Below, one piece after another: positions 10,968 to 20,298 of a DNA stretch of 58,039 bases; positions within the stretch are counted from its first letter, which is position 1; each line of letters begins with the position of its first letter. This stretch comes from Bradyrhizobium sp. (GTDB lineage Bacteria > Pseudomonadota > Alphaproteobacteria > Rhizobiales > Xanthobacteraceae). Below the pieces are notes generated by a model. The model saw only the letters and a program-made list of their open reading frames with translations, was not told the origin of the DNA and made no database searches. The stretch lies in the NCBI GenBank assembly GCA_050726155.1, contig JBOHIT010000591.1, positions 1-58,039 on the forward strand, in the 5' to 3' direction. The translations under genes were made by a program, and so were the position numbers.

Positions 10968-12333
10968 TCAACCGATCGGCGTGATCTACGTCGAGGACGA
11001 CGACGATGTTCGGATCGGCGGCGTTCAGGCGCTCGAGCTTGCGGGGTTTTCGGTTTTGGGACTCGCGTCGGTCGAGAGCGCCAGCGCATCCGTGGGCTCC
11101 GACATGCCCTTTGTCGTGGTCTGCGATGTACGTCTGCGCGGCAAGAGCGGCCTTGAATGGCAGTCCGATCTGCACCGGCTGGATCAGGATCTGCCGGTGA
11201 TCCTGATCACCGGGCACGGCGATATTTCCATGGCCGTGCAGGCAATGCGAAACGGCGCCTACGACTTCATCGAGAAGCCGTGCTCATCGGAGCAACTCGT
11301 CTCGGTGGTACGCAGGGCGACCGAAAAGAGACGGCTGACCCTGGAGGTACGCTCGCTCCGATCGGCCCTCGCGGATCGCCAGGGCATCGAGACGAGCCTG
11401 CTCGGCCGCTCGCCGCAAATACAGGAAGTGCGTCGGCTCGTTTCCACATTGGCCTCGACCAATGTCGACGTCACGATCTATGGCGAGACCGGAACCGGAA
11501 AGGATGTCGTTGCGCGCTGTCTCCACAATCACAGCGGGCGACGCGGCGGCAACTATGTACCGGTGAACTGCGGCGGTCTCCCTGAATCGTTGGTCGAGAG
11601 CGAGCTGTTCGGCCACGAAATCGGGGCGTTTACCGGCGCAACCCGCCAGCGCATCGGAAAGATCGAGTATGCCAATGGAGGCACGCTGTTTCTCGACGAG
11701 ATCGAGAGCATGCCGCTAAGCGTACAAGTGAAGTTGCTGAGGGCGCTGCAAGATCGGTCGATCGAGCGCGTCGGCACGAACAAGCCGATCTCGGTGGATT
11801 GCCGTGTCGTGGCGGCGAGCAAGGTGAATTTGCTCGAACTCAGTGAGAAGCGGCTGTTTCGCGCCGATCTCTACTATCGCCTCGGCGTCGCATTCATCGA
11901 ACTGCCGCCACTTCGCGAGCGGCGTGAAGATATTCCTCTGCTGTTCGAGCACTTCACGCTCGATGCCGCCAGACGGTTCGAGCGCGACGCGCCGATATTG
12001 GATGAGCAGACGCTGTCCGTCTTGCTGGCCTATTCGTGGCCGGGAAACGTACGCGAGCTTCGTAACGTCGCCGACCGTTTCGTGCTTGGTGTTCTCGATG
12101 GCAAGGCGATCAACAAGTCCGGGTTCGGTGCGTCTGATTTGGCGTTGCCGCGACAACTGGAAAACATCGAGCGATCAATCATCGAGGACGCGTTGCGGCG
12201 CAAGCAGGGCGACGTTCAGGCGACCGCCACGATCTTGGGAATTCCGAAGCAGACCTTGTACGACAAGATCAAGCGCCTTTCCGTGAACGTTGACGGCATC
12301 AGGGAAGGCTCAACCGTCCGCGCCGGATACTGA
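10957..12333 (+). CDS. dctD: sigma-54-dependent response regulator
   Basis: Receiver domain (EDD, D, TGHGD, KP); AAA+ GETGTGKD and GAFTGA; C-terminal Fis-type HTH; adjacent to dctB. Confidence 0.88.
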   Translation: MGDDQPIGVIYVEDDDDVRIGGVQALELAGFSVLGLASVESASASVGSDMPFVVVCDVRLRGKSGLEWQSDLHRLDQDLPVILITGHGDISMAVQAMRNGAYDFIEKPCSSEQLVSVVRRATEKRRLTLEVRSLRSALADRQGIETSLLGRSPQIQEVRRLVSTLASTNVDVTIYGETGTGKDVVARCLHNHSGRRGGNYVPVNCGGLPESLVESELFGHEIGAFTGATRQRIGKIEYANGGTLFLDEIESMPLSVQVKLLRALQDRSIERVGTNKPISVDCRVVAASKVNLLELSEKRLFRADLYYRLGVAFIELPPLRERREDIPLLFEHFTLDAARRFERDAPILDEQTLSVLLAYSWPGNVRELRNVADRFVLGVLDGKAINKSGFGASDLALPRQLENIERSIIEDALRRKQGDVQATATILGIPKQTLYDKIKRLSVNVDGIREGSTVRAGY

Positions 12334-12495
12334 GATCCCGGCGAACCATTGCGACGCCTTGGGGTGAGCGCGCTGGCCGAACCTGTGCCGTTGGCCTGAC
12401 GTGGCGAGCGGCGATGGCACGAGAATCAAGGGCGCCGGACAGAAGCGGCCCGCAACCGGAAACGAACGAACCATCCAATCTTGCGAGGGAAAGCG

Positions 12496-14214
12496 ATGAA
12501 TCGGCCATTCAATATGCCTGACGAGTTTGTCGAAGGGTTCATGAAGGCGGGCGCGAGCCTGTGGCGGTCACTGGGATGGACACCGAGCGCCGATCATAAC
12601 GGTGCGGGCGACAACTCGGCGCTGAGCTCGTCGGGACGCATCGCCGAACTGCAGGTCGACCATCTGATGCGTCTGTACCAGCTTACGGAACAGGTGATCA
12701 AATCGGCCGCGGGCGTGCAAAGCGAAGCGGCCGTCGAACTAGCGCGCGGCGACCGCAGGTTCCACAGCACGGATTGGCGGGACAACCCGCTCTATAATCT
12801 ACTCAAGCAATGTTATCTGCTGAATTCACGCTATTGCACCGACTTCGTCGAAGCGTTGGATCTGGACGAAAAAGAAAAGCACCGGCTGCGTTTCTTCACA
12901 CGCCAACTCGTCGAGGCGATGAGTCCGACCAATTTTATCACCACCAATCCCGAGATCATCAAGCTTGCGACGGACACCGAAGGCCAAAGCCTCAAGGCAG
13001 GCATGGACAATTTGATGTCCGATCTGGGCCGGGGCAGCCTGACGATCACGGACGAGAGTGCTTTCGAGGTCGGCAAGGACGTCGCGACATCCAGGGGCGC
13101 CGTCGTATTCGAGAACGATCTGTTTCAACTGATTCAATATGAGCCGGCGACGGAGCAGGTGGCCGTTCGGCCATTGTTGATCGTGCCGCCTTGCATCAAC
13201 AAGTTCTACATTCTCGACCTTCAGCCGGCCAATTCCTTCGTCCGGTTTGCGGTCGAGCACGGCATGACGGTCTTCATCGTTTCCTGGCGCAACCCGGATG
13301 CCTCTTGCGGGCATTTCGGATGGGATGACTACGTCGAGCATGGCGCGATGCGCGCCATCGAGATCACCCGGTCGATCTCCGGTGCCGGCAAGGTCAACGT
13401 GGTCGGCTGGTGCGTCGGCGGAACCATCCTGTCGTCTGCGCTTGCCATCCTGCGGACGCGAGGCGACGAATCGGTCGCCAGCGTGACCCTGCTGACGACG
13501 ATGCTCGATTTCCGGGAGCCTGGCGACCTTGGCGTGTTCGTGGACGAGGAGAGCGTGCGACAGCGTGAGCAGACCATAGGCAATGGAGGCATCTACCGCG
13601 GCTCCGAACTCGGCTTCGTCTTCCAGACCCTGCGCTCGAAAGAGCTGATATGGCCGAACGTGGTCAACAATTACCTGAAGGGGAAGTCGCCCGAACGTTT
13701 CGATCTCCTGTTTTGGAATGCCGACGTAACCAATCTGCCGGGACCGATGTATTGCTGGTACATCAGGAACATGTACCTGGAGAACAATCTCCGGCACCCG
13801 AACAGGTTGACGATGTGCAACACATCAGTCGATTTGGGGCGGGTCGACCTGCCGGCTTATGTTCTGGCGACTGTCGAGGACCATATCGTGCCGTGGCGGT
13901 CCGCCTATCGGACAACGGGCTTGTTCGGCGGCGACACGCGTTTCGTGCTCGGTGCGAGCGGACATATCGCCGGTGTGATCAATCCGGCGTCGAAGAACAA
14001 GCGAAGCTATTGGGTCTCGACCGATCGATGCGACGACCCGGCGACCTGGCTGGCCGGCGCCGATGAAAAGCCCGGCAGCTGGTGGAACGACTGGATTTCC
14101 TGGCTCAAGCCGAAAGCGGAAGAGCAACTGCCGGCGCGGACGCAACTCGGCAGCAACCTCTATCCTCCCGGTGAAGCCGCGCCTGGCCGATACGTGAAGG
14201 AGAAGGCGAACTGA
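12496..14214 (+). CDS. phaC: class I polyhydroxyalkanoate synthase
   Basis: PPCINKFYILDL, lipase box GWCVGGT, DHIVPW, SGHIAGVINP, APGRYV; ATG 12496 follows GAGGG. Confidence 0.95.
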   Translation: MNRPFNMPDEFVEGFMKAGASLWRSLGWTPSADHNGAGDNSALSSSGRIAELQVDHLMRLYQLTEQVIKSAAGVQSEAAVELARGDRRFHSTDWRDNPLYNLLKQCYLLNSRYCTDFVEALDLDEKEKHRLRFFTRQLVEAMSPTNFITTNPEIIKLATDTEGQSLKAGMDNLMSDLGRGSLTITDESAFEVGKDVATSRGAVVFENDLFQLIQYEPATEQVAVRPLLIVPPCINKFYILDLQPANSFVRFAVEHGMTVFIVSWRNPDASCGHFGWDDYVEHGAMRAIEITRSISGAGKVNVVGWCVGGTILSSALAILRTRGDESVASVTLLTTMLDFREPGDLGVFVDEESVRQREQTIGNGGIYRGSELGFVFQTLRSKELIWPNVVNNYLKGKSPERFDLLFWNADVTNLPGPMYCWYIRNMYLENNLRHPNRLTMCNTSVDLGRVDLPAYVLATVEDHIVPWRSAYRTTGLFGGDTRFVLGASGHIAGVINPASKNKRSYWVSTDRCDDPATWLAGADEKPGSWWNDWISWLKPKAEEQLPARTQLGSNLYPPGEAAPGRYVKEKAN

Positions 14215-14876
14215 CAATAGCGATAGCGAGCGTGGATAGTCGCGTAACCGGATAGTTTGGCTTGCATCCAGCTTGGTGCAATTAGCCCAAACTGGGTCAT
14301 GATGGATTGGAGCGAGAGGCTAATCCTTTCAAGTAGTTGGAAGACGACCTGTGCACGATGTGTGCAGCGAGAGATCAAGGAAAATCTACAACAACGAACC
14401 TGAGGAGGCTGAACTGAACGGGCTGCGGTCTCATCGGGTGGTCGACATTTCGGAGGATGTGATTGCACTCGGTAAACCGTCGTTGGCGAAGCCGACCAGG
14501 GGCAAAATCGCAGAATGATCGTTATGAAACGACGCTTCCGGCGCGAAGCGGCCATTCGGTCCTCTGAGACGAATTGGCAACTCGCGTAGTGAAATAATCT
14601 TCGACGCCAATTCAACATCCATCGCAGTGCGACGCAGCAGAACAGCTCTCTCCTCGTAGGCGAGGGCAATCACGCGAGCAAGTCAAGGCGCGCATAGGCT
14701 TTCCGGAGTGATTGCCTTCGGTTGCCGCAGCCGCGTTACAGCCGCGAGCATCCCGGTGAGCCGATCCAGATCTACTGTTCGGAGCGTCGTCGGTTTGGGG
14801 GCCGTGCGCCTTCCTGCACGCTGCAGCTGTTTATCAATGGGCTGTTACCTGTTGAGGGCGTCAGCTGTTGGGGTGC

Positions 14877-14905
14877 ACGTCATCAAACTGTCGTGGACCT
14901 TTCAT
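14877..14905 (+). promoter_or_regulatory. candidate Pho box (three 11-bp-periodic half sites)
   Basis: ACGTCAT-caaa-CTGTCGT-ggac-CTTTCAT compared with the PhoB half-site CTGTCAT-N4; about 90 bp upstream of the 14997 start and followed by an AT-rich stretch. Confidence 0.6.
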
Positions 14906-14996
14906 ATGCAAACTTACTTAATTTTATCGCCCTCAGCTTCCTGTCGAACAACTCCCCACTTTTGCCGCGTCGCTCGCCTTCCCAGGAGAAGTCCGT

Positions 14997-17900
14997 ATGT
15001 CGATCACCGAAGTAGATTTGTCCAATTATGTTCGCGTTGCCCGCTACGATCTGCCGCTGCCAAGTTCGTCGGACACCTCGTTGCTCGCTTCCGAGGCTTC
15101 AGCGGTCACCTACAACTGGGACACCGATACGCTGTTTGTGGTTGGCGACGGCGGGACCTCGATCGTCCAGATCAGCAAGACCGGACAGTTGATCAACTCG
15201 ATGACGCTCGCCTCCGGAGGAAGCCCGCAAGGCACGACCTTCTACGATACCGAAGGCCTGACCTATATCGGCAACGGGCAGTTTGTGATGACGGAGGAGC
15301 GCGACCGTCAGGTCGTGAAGTTCACCTACACGGCCGATACTACGTTGACGCGGGCTGACGTTTCGACCGTCGATCTGGGTACCAATGTCGGCAATACCGG
15401 CCTTGAAGGCGTCAGCTATGATCCGCTCACCGGCGGCTTCATTCTCGTCAAGGAGAAGACGCCGGAGGGGATTTTCCAAACCAACATTGATTTTACCGCC
15501 CACACCGCCACCAACGGTTCGGCGACGACCGTGGACTCGGTCAATCTGTTCGATCCGGCCAAGGTTGGCACCTCCGACTTCTCCGATGTCTTCTCGCTGT
15601 CGCTTATTCCGTCACTCGCCGGGCAAGCCGATGCCAGCCATCTGCTGATAATTAGCCAGGAGGCCGGCAAGGTAGTCGAGGTCGACCGCGCAGGCAACGT
15701 GCTGAGCACGCTGAACATCGTCGGCGACGCCGATAACTCGCTGAGCGTCCCGGACATGACGATGGAAGGCGTCGTCATGGATAAGGACGGCTACCTCTAC
15801 ATCGTCAATGAGAATGGCGGGCCGGACAGCGCGGCCGGCAACGGTCCGCAGCTCTGGGTCTACGCGCCGTCGAGCGCGGTGAACCACGCGCCCAGCGCGA
15901 TCGTACTGAACAACCAGGTCAACGCGATCGCGGAGAACATCGATACCGCGACCAGGATCAAGGTGGCCAACGTCCAGATCACCGATGACGGGCTCGGCAC
16001 CAACAAATTCGCGGTGACTGGCGCCGACGCGGCCTTCTTCGAAGTCGACAGCACGGGTCTCTACATCAAGGCCGGCACGCATCTCGATTTCGAAACCAAG
16101 CAGAATTATGCCGTCACTGTCACGGTCGATGATCCGAGCGTGGGCGCGACGCCGGATGCGAGCGCGAACTTCACCTTGAACGTCACCGACGTCGCGATCG
16201 AGACGCCTGCCCATTCGCAGCTGATCATTTCCGAGGTGGCGCCGTGGTCGAGCGGTAACGCAGTGGGACTGAGCGCTGATTGGTTCGAAGTGACCAACAC
16301 CGGCACGACTGCGGTCGACATCACCGGCTGGAAGATGGACGACAGTTCCAAATCATTCGGCGCCGCAGTGGCGCTCAGTGGCATCACCAGCATTGCGCCC
16401 GGCGAGTCCGTCATCTTCATCGAAAGCGCGAATCTCGCCGCGGCCAAAGCCAATTTCGCAAATCTCTGGTTTGGCGGCAATGCGCCGGCGGGCCTGCAGA
16501 TCGGCAGCTACAGCGGCTCCGGGGTCGGGCTCAGCACGGACGGCGATCAAGTCAACCTCTACAACAGCAGCGGAGAGTTGCAGACCGGCGTCGCCTTCGG
16601 TGCGTCGCCTACCGGCACCTTCCCGACCTTCGACAACTGGGCAGGTGTCAGCACAACAACGACGCCGATCACGCAGCTCAGCGTCAACGGGGTCCACGGC
16701 GCTCAGGCCGCGACAGCTGACACCAAGGAGATCGGCTCGCCCGGCGCCGCAGGCAAGCTTTACATTTCCGAGGTGGCGGCGTGGTCGAGCGGCAATAGCC
16801 CGCTCAAGGCCGACTGGTTCGAGGTCACCAACAGCACCGGCTTCGACATCGATGTTACCAATTGGCGGATGGACGACAATTCGCAGTCGTTCAATTTGGG
16901 GGCGAAGCTGAACGGGATCACCACGATCCACTCGGGTGAATCGGTGATCTTCATCGAGAGCGGCGACCTCGCCGGCGCGCGGGCAGCTTTCAGCAGTCTC
17001 TGGTTCGGCGGCAATGCGCCGGCTGGTCTGCAGATCGGCACGTATAGCGGCTCCGGGGTCGGACTCAGCGGAGACACCGATCAGGTGAACCTGTACGCCG
17101 CCAACGGTGTGCTGCAGACGAGCGTCGCCTTCGGCGCATCGCCGGGCGCAGCGTCGTTTGCGACTTTCGAGAACCCGGGGGCGATCACCAGCATCAACAT
17201 CCCGCTCACCCAGCTCAGCGCGATTGGCGTCCGCGGTGGCACGACGGCGGCGAACGACGTCAATGAGATCGGCTCGCCCGGCGCGACCGCCAATCCGGCC
17301 GTCAACGCGGCGCCGACTGCGGTGGCGCTGATTAATCCCAAGACATCGATCGCGGAGAATACCTCGACCGCGACGCATATCAAGGTGGCCGACGTTCTGA
17401 TCACCGACGACGGCCATGGCAGCAATAATCTCTCGCTGTCGGGAGCGGACGCAGCCTTCTTCGAAATCGATAGCACCGGCCTGTACATCAAGGCCGGCAC
17501 CACGTTCGATTTCGAGAACAAGCAGAGCTACGCCGTCACCGTCAACGTCAACGATCCCACCGTTGGCGGAACACCGGATGCCAGCACCAACTTCAACCTG
17601 TCCGTCAGCGACGTGATCAACGAGGGCGGCGCTCCGACCCTGTTCATCTCCGAGGTGGCGCCGTGGTCGAGCGGCAACGCACCGGCGTTCGGCAGGGACT
17701 GGTTCGAGGTGACCAACACCGGCACGACCGCCATCGATATCACCGGCTGGAAGGTGGACGACAACTCGGACAATCCGAACGCGGCGCTGGCTCTTCGCGG
17801 CATCACCAGCATTGCGCCGGGCGAGTCGGTGATCTTCATGGAGACGTCCACCGCCGACGGCCTTGCGGCTGCCAAGGCCGCCTTCATCGCTCTCTGGTTC

Positions 17901-19028
17901 GGCGGCAACGCGCCGGCCGGCCTGCAGATCGGCAACTACAGCGGCTCCGGGATTGGACTCAGCTCCGACGGCGATCACGTCAATCTGTTCGACAGCCACG
18001 GAGTGCTGCAGGCCAATGTCACGTTCGGCGCGTCGCCGGCAGGCCCGAACTTTGCAACCTTCGCCAACGACGCCGGCCTCAACAACGCGGCACTCACAGG
18101 CCTGAGCGTTGTCGGCGACAACGGCGCGTTCCTCGCGGCGGCCGACCCGCATGAAACGGGGTCGCCGGGCGTGCAAACGGGTGTCGTCAACGACAAGCCG
18201 ATCTTCACGTCCGCCGCCAGTTTCGACATTGCCGAGAACCAGACGGCGGTCGGCGCCGTGGCCGCGGTCGATCCCGAGCACGATAGCCTCACGTTCGGGC
18301 TTGCAGGTGGCGACGACAAAGACTTCTTCACGATTGATTCCCATACGGGAGCGTTCCGCTTCGTCGCCTCGCCCGACTTCGAGACCAGGGCGGATGCCAA
18401 TCATGACAATGTCTACGATCTGACGGTGTCGGCGACCGACAATTTTGGTCACGTCGCGATGCAAACCGTTCAAGTCCATGTGACTGATGTCACGGAGATC
18501 GGCAAGACGTTTGCGGGCGGCAATGGCAACGACGCCCTGGCGGGTACCAACGGCGACGACACCATGACCGGAGCCAACGGCGACGACGCGCTGAATGGTG
18601 GAGATGGCAACGACACGATCTCGGGCGGCAACGGGAACGACGCCCTCCTGGGCGGCCGGGGTGATGACGTGCTCGATGGGGCCAATGGCAATGACGTCCT
18701 CGATGGTGGCGCCGGCAACAACCGGCTCAGCGGCGGCAACGGTGACGATCGCCTGATGGTTGGAACCGGCGACAACTTGCTCACAGGCGGAAACGGCAAC
18801 GACACGTTCGTGTTCAGCCCTGGCTTCGGCAAGAACGTGGTGACGGATTTCAGCCACGGTGACGTCATCGCGTTTGGCAGCGGCGCATTTGCCAATTTCG
18901 CAGCCGTTCAAGCGGCGATGCACGTGGAAGGCAATGATGTGGTGATCGGTCTCGACCCCGCCCACTCCGTCACGTTGCAGGGTGTCTCGGTCAACAGCCT
19001 CCACGCAAGCGACTTCCTGTTCGTCTAA
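14997..19028 (+). CDS. large secreted RTX protein: SdiA-regulated (YjiK-like) beta-propeller, 3 cadherin-like domains, 3 lamin-tail domains, Ca-binding nonapeptide repeats
   Basis: N-terminal EASAVTYN..TLFVV / DTEGLTY / GLEGVSYDP; LDFETKQNY-type cadherin motifs; three ISEVA(P/A)WS..DWFEVTN units; C-terminal GGNGND repeats ending LHASDFLFV; no Sec signal; RBS AGGAG. Confidence 0.85.
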   Translation: MSITEVDLSNYVRVARYDLPLPSSSDTSLLASEASAVTYNWDTDTLFVVGDGGTSIVQISKTGQLINSMTLASGGSPQGTTFYDTEGLTYIGNGQFVMTEERDRQVVKFTYTADTTLTRADVSTVDLGTNVGNTGLEGVSYDPLTGGFILVKEKTPEGIFQTNIDFTAHTATNGSATTVDSVNLFDPAKVGTSDFSDVFSLSLIPSLAGQADASHLLIISQEAGKVVEVDRAGNVLSTLNIVGDADNSLSVPDMTMEGVVMDKDGYLYIVNENGGPDSAAGNGPQLWVYAPSSAVNHAPSAIVLNNQVNAIAENIDTATRIKVANVQITDDGLGTNKFAVTGADAAFFEVDSTGLYIKAGTHLDFETKQNYAVTVTVDDPSVGATPDASANFTLNVTDVAIETPAHSQLIISEVAPWSSGNAVGLSADWFEVTNTGTTAVDITGWKMDDSSKSFGAAVALSGITSIAPGESVIFIESANLAAAKANFANLWFGGNAPAGLQIGSYSGSGVGLSTDGDQVNLYNSSGELQTGVAFGASPTGTFPTFDNWAGVSTTTTPITQLSVNGVHGAQAATADTKEIGSPGAAGKLYISEVAAWSSGNSPLKADWFEVTNSTGFDIDVTNWRMDDNSQSFNLGAKLNGITTIHSGESVIFIESGDLAGARAAFSSLWFGGNAPAGLQIGTYSGSGVGLSGDTDQVNLYAANGVLQTSVAFGASPGAASFATFENPGAITSINIPLTQLSAIGVRGGTTAANDVNEIGSPGATANPAVNAAPTAVALINPKTSIAENTSTATHIKVADVLITDDGHGSNNLSLSGADAAFFEIDSTGLYIKAGTTFDFENKQSYAVTVNVNDPTVGGTPDASTNFNLSVSDVINEGGAPTLFISEVAPWSSGNAPAFGRDWFEVTNTGTTAIDITGWKVDDNSDNPNAALALRGITSIAPGESVIFMETSTADGLAAAKAAFIALWFGGNAPAGLQIGNYSGSGIGLSSDGDHVNLFDSHGVLQANVTFGASPAGPNFATFANDAGLNNAALTGLSVVGDNGAFLAAADPHETGSPGVQTGVVNDKPIFTSAASFDIAENQTAVGAVAAVDPEHDSLTFGLAGGDDKDFFTIDSHTGAFRFVASPDFETRADANHDNVYDLTVSATDNFGHVAMQTVQVHVTDVTEIGKTFAGGNGNDALAGTNGDDTMTGANGDDALNGGDGNDTISGGNGNDALLGGRGDDVLDGANGNDVLDGGAGNNRLSGGNGDDRLMVGTGDNLLTGGNGNDTFVFSPGFGKNVVTDFSHGDVIAFGSGAFANFAAVQAAMHVEGNDVVIGLDPAHSVTLQGVSVNSLHASDFLFV

Positions 19029-19052
19029 TCAGGCAGACGCCGTGCACGGCCG

Positions 19053-19074
19053 GAGCGCGCCAACAGGCGCGCTC
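19053..19074 (+). terminator. GC-rich hairpin after the RTX gene
   Basis: GAGCGCGCC-AACA-GGCGCGCTC; no U-tract. Confidence 0.4.
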
Positions 19075-19209
19075 ATTCGCGCTCATTCGTCGGCTCACTT
19101 CGGGCTGGGGGGTAAGAAAGATTGCGCGAACCCTGAATCGCAGCGTGGCTCCGACAGGGACTATGGCCACCAAGCACGGCATTGTGCTGAACTGGAGCGT
19201 CAGATCCTC

Positions 19210-19539
19210 TTAACACGCACGACTGATCATCTCGATGAACCAGCGCAGTGCCGGATCGGCCATGGCATGGCCCGTGTGCATAAGGTTGATGGTGAAAGCC
19301 GGCACATCATAGGGAAGCGGTACGACCGCCACGACCGCGGCGAAGCGACGAGCGACGCGCTCGGCCATGGTCGCCACGAGGTCGGTGCCGGCGACAGCAA
19401 AGGACACCGCGACGACGTGGGCGAGCGTGACCGCGGTCCGACGTTTGCGTCCATGCCGTGGCAGCAACGCGTCGATGGCGCCGGGAAGTCCAGCGCCGCC
19501 GGCGGAGGACACGACGTGCGTGAGACGCGTGCCACTCAC
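19210..19539 (-). pseudogene. truncated LysR-family regulator (C-terminal substrate-binding part only)
   Basis: IDALLPRHGRKRRTAVTLAH...VAGTDLVATMAERVARRFA...DPALRWF resembles a NodD/DntR-type PBP2 domain; no HTH-coding region upstream. Confidence 0.75.
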
Positions 19540-19560
19540 TTCGGTAAATTGTAGTCGGCA

Positions 19561-19594
19561 AAGAGATGGGACAGCGCATGCTGCCCCATCTCTT
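19561..19594 (-). terminator. intrinsic terminator downstream of peptide gene 4
   Basis: Long inverted repeat AAGAGATGGGACAGC-GCAT-GCTGCCCCATCTCTT; ends in TTT on the minus strand. Confidence 0.65.
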
Positions 19595-19642
19595 CATCGG
19601 TAGGGCTGCGGCGATGATGGAGCCGCTTTCCCGGTCGGCCAG

Positions 19643-19807
19643 TTAGTCGACCTTCACCATCACGGTGCGGCCATTGATATGGCCGATGGCATAGGTGCTG
19701 CCGTTCATCGTTTCATAGTGAAACTTCTGATGACCGCCGATGACGGCGTTGAGCTCGTTGTCGTTGAGCTGGGTTTGGGCCTGGGTGTTGCTGGACTGGG
19801 TGGTCAT
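19643..19807 (-). CDS. double-glycine leader peptide precursor 4 (54 aa; not in ORF track)
   Basis: Hand translation MTTQSSNTQAQTQLNDNELNAVIGG|HQKFHYETMNGSTYAIGHINGRTVMVKVD*; RBS GGAG 6 nt upstream; LxDxELxxVxGG leader motif. Confidence 0.85.
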   Translation of the reverse strand: MTTQSSNTQAQTQLNDNELNAVIGGHQKFHYETMNGSTYAIGHINGRTVMVKVD

Positions 19808-19866
19808 GACTTTCTCCATCTGGTTCGATCGGGAGCGGTCATCGCTTCCCTTTCATCGATGGTTGG

Positions 19867-19910
19867 AGAATAGGGGCTGGCACCATGGCGCGCTGTTCCC
19901 TGTGGAACAG
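19867..19910 (-). promoter_or_regulatory. Crp/Clr-type box plus -10 element for peptide gene 4
   Basis: Palindrome CTGTTCC-CTGT-GGAACAG (19893-19910); minus-strand TATTCT (19872-19867) lies 22 nt from the 14-bp core. Confidence 0.75.
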
Positions 19911-20298
19911 CTCAGGGGCAGCGCGGCTTCGACCAAAAATTCACTTAAGCCTTTGAAAATAAATGGATATGTGGCAATCGCCGCGTTGGGCCAAGTTTAC
20001 GAGTGTTGCGTGCTCGGGCGCGCCGGGCCGCGATTGGGTGTCGCTTCATCCACAGGGTGCGGCGACTTGGGGACGCCAACGCTGCAATTTGTCGCAGCAG
20101 CACGTCACGGCAGCGTCCAGATTAGCCCAATACGGCTCGGGCACATCGGCCACGACCGCGTGTCATCCATCTGGTTTGAGATTCCGCGGTTGAGTTGATC
20201 CGCGTTCGGCATACACCGTGCGCCTGCGGCAGCCGCCTCGGGTTGCCTGCACTTGGCGCCTCCGATAGCATGAAATCTGCCATAGAGCGGATTGTACG

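Noticed and set aside
12415..12432. Sigma-54 promoter before phaC (TGGCACG)
   Set aside because: The -12 TTGC element is absent (TGGCACGAGAATCAA). The TGGCAC near 19878 fails for the same reason.
14215..14870. ORFs or RNA gene in the lower-GC gap after phaC
   Set aside because: Short ORFs lack RBS or recognisable motifs and no RNA structure was identified. It may be decayed DNA; a blastx or Rfam search would be needed.
16353..19004. 883-aa minus-strand ORF and other long antisense ORFs (3522-5459, 23993-25909, 31066-32589)
   Set aside because: They overlap well-supported genes, show no motifs, and are expected artefacts of high-GC codon bias.
14997..19028. RTX protein as cargo of the NHLM-type exporter
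   Set aside because: It has a C-terminal RTX-type signal and no GG leader, whereas the exporter has an intact C39 peptidase matching the four peptides. A separate type I system elsewhere is more likely.
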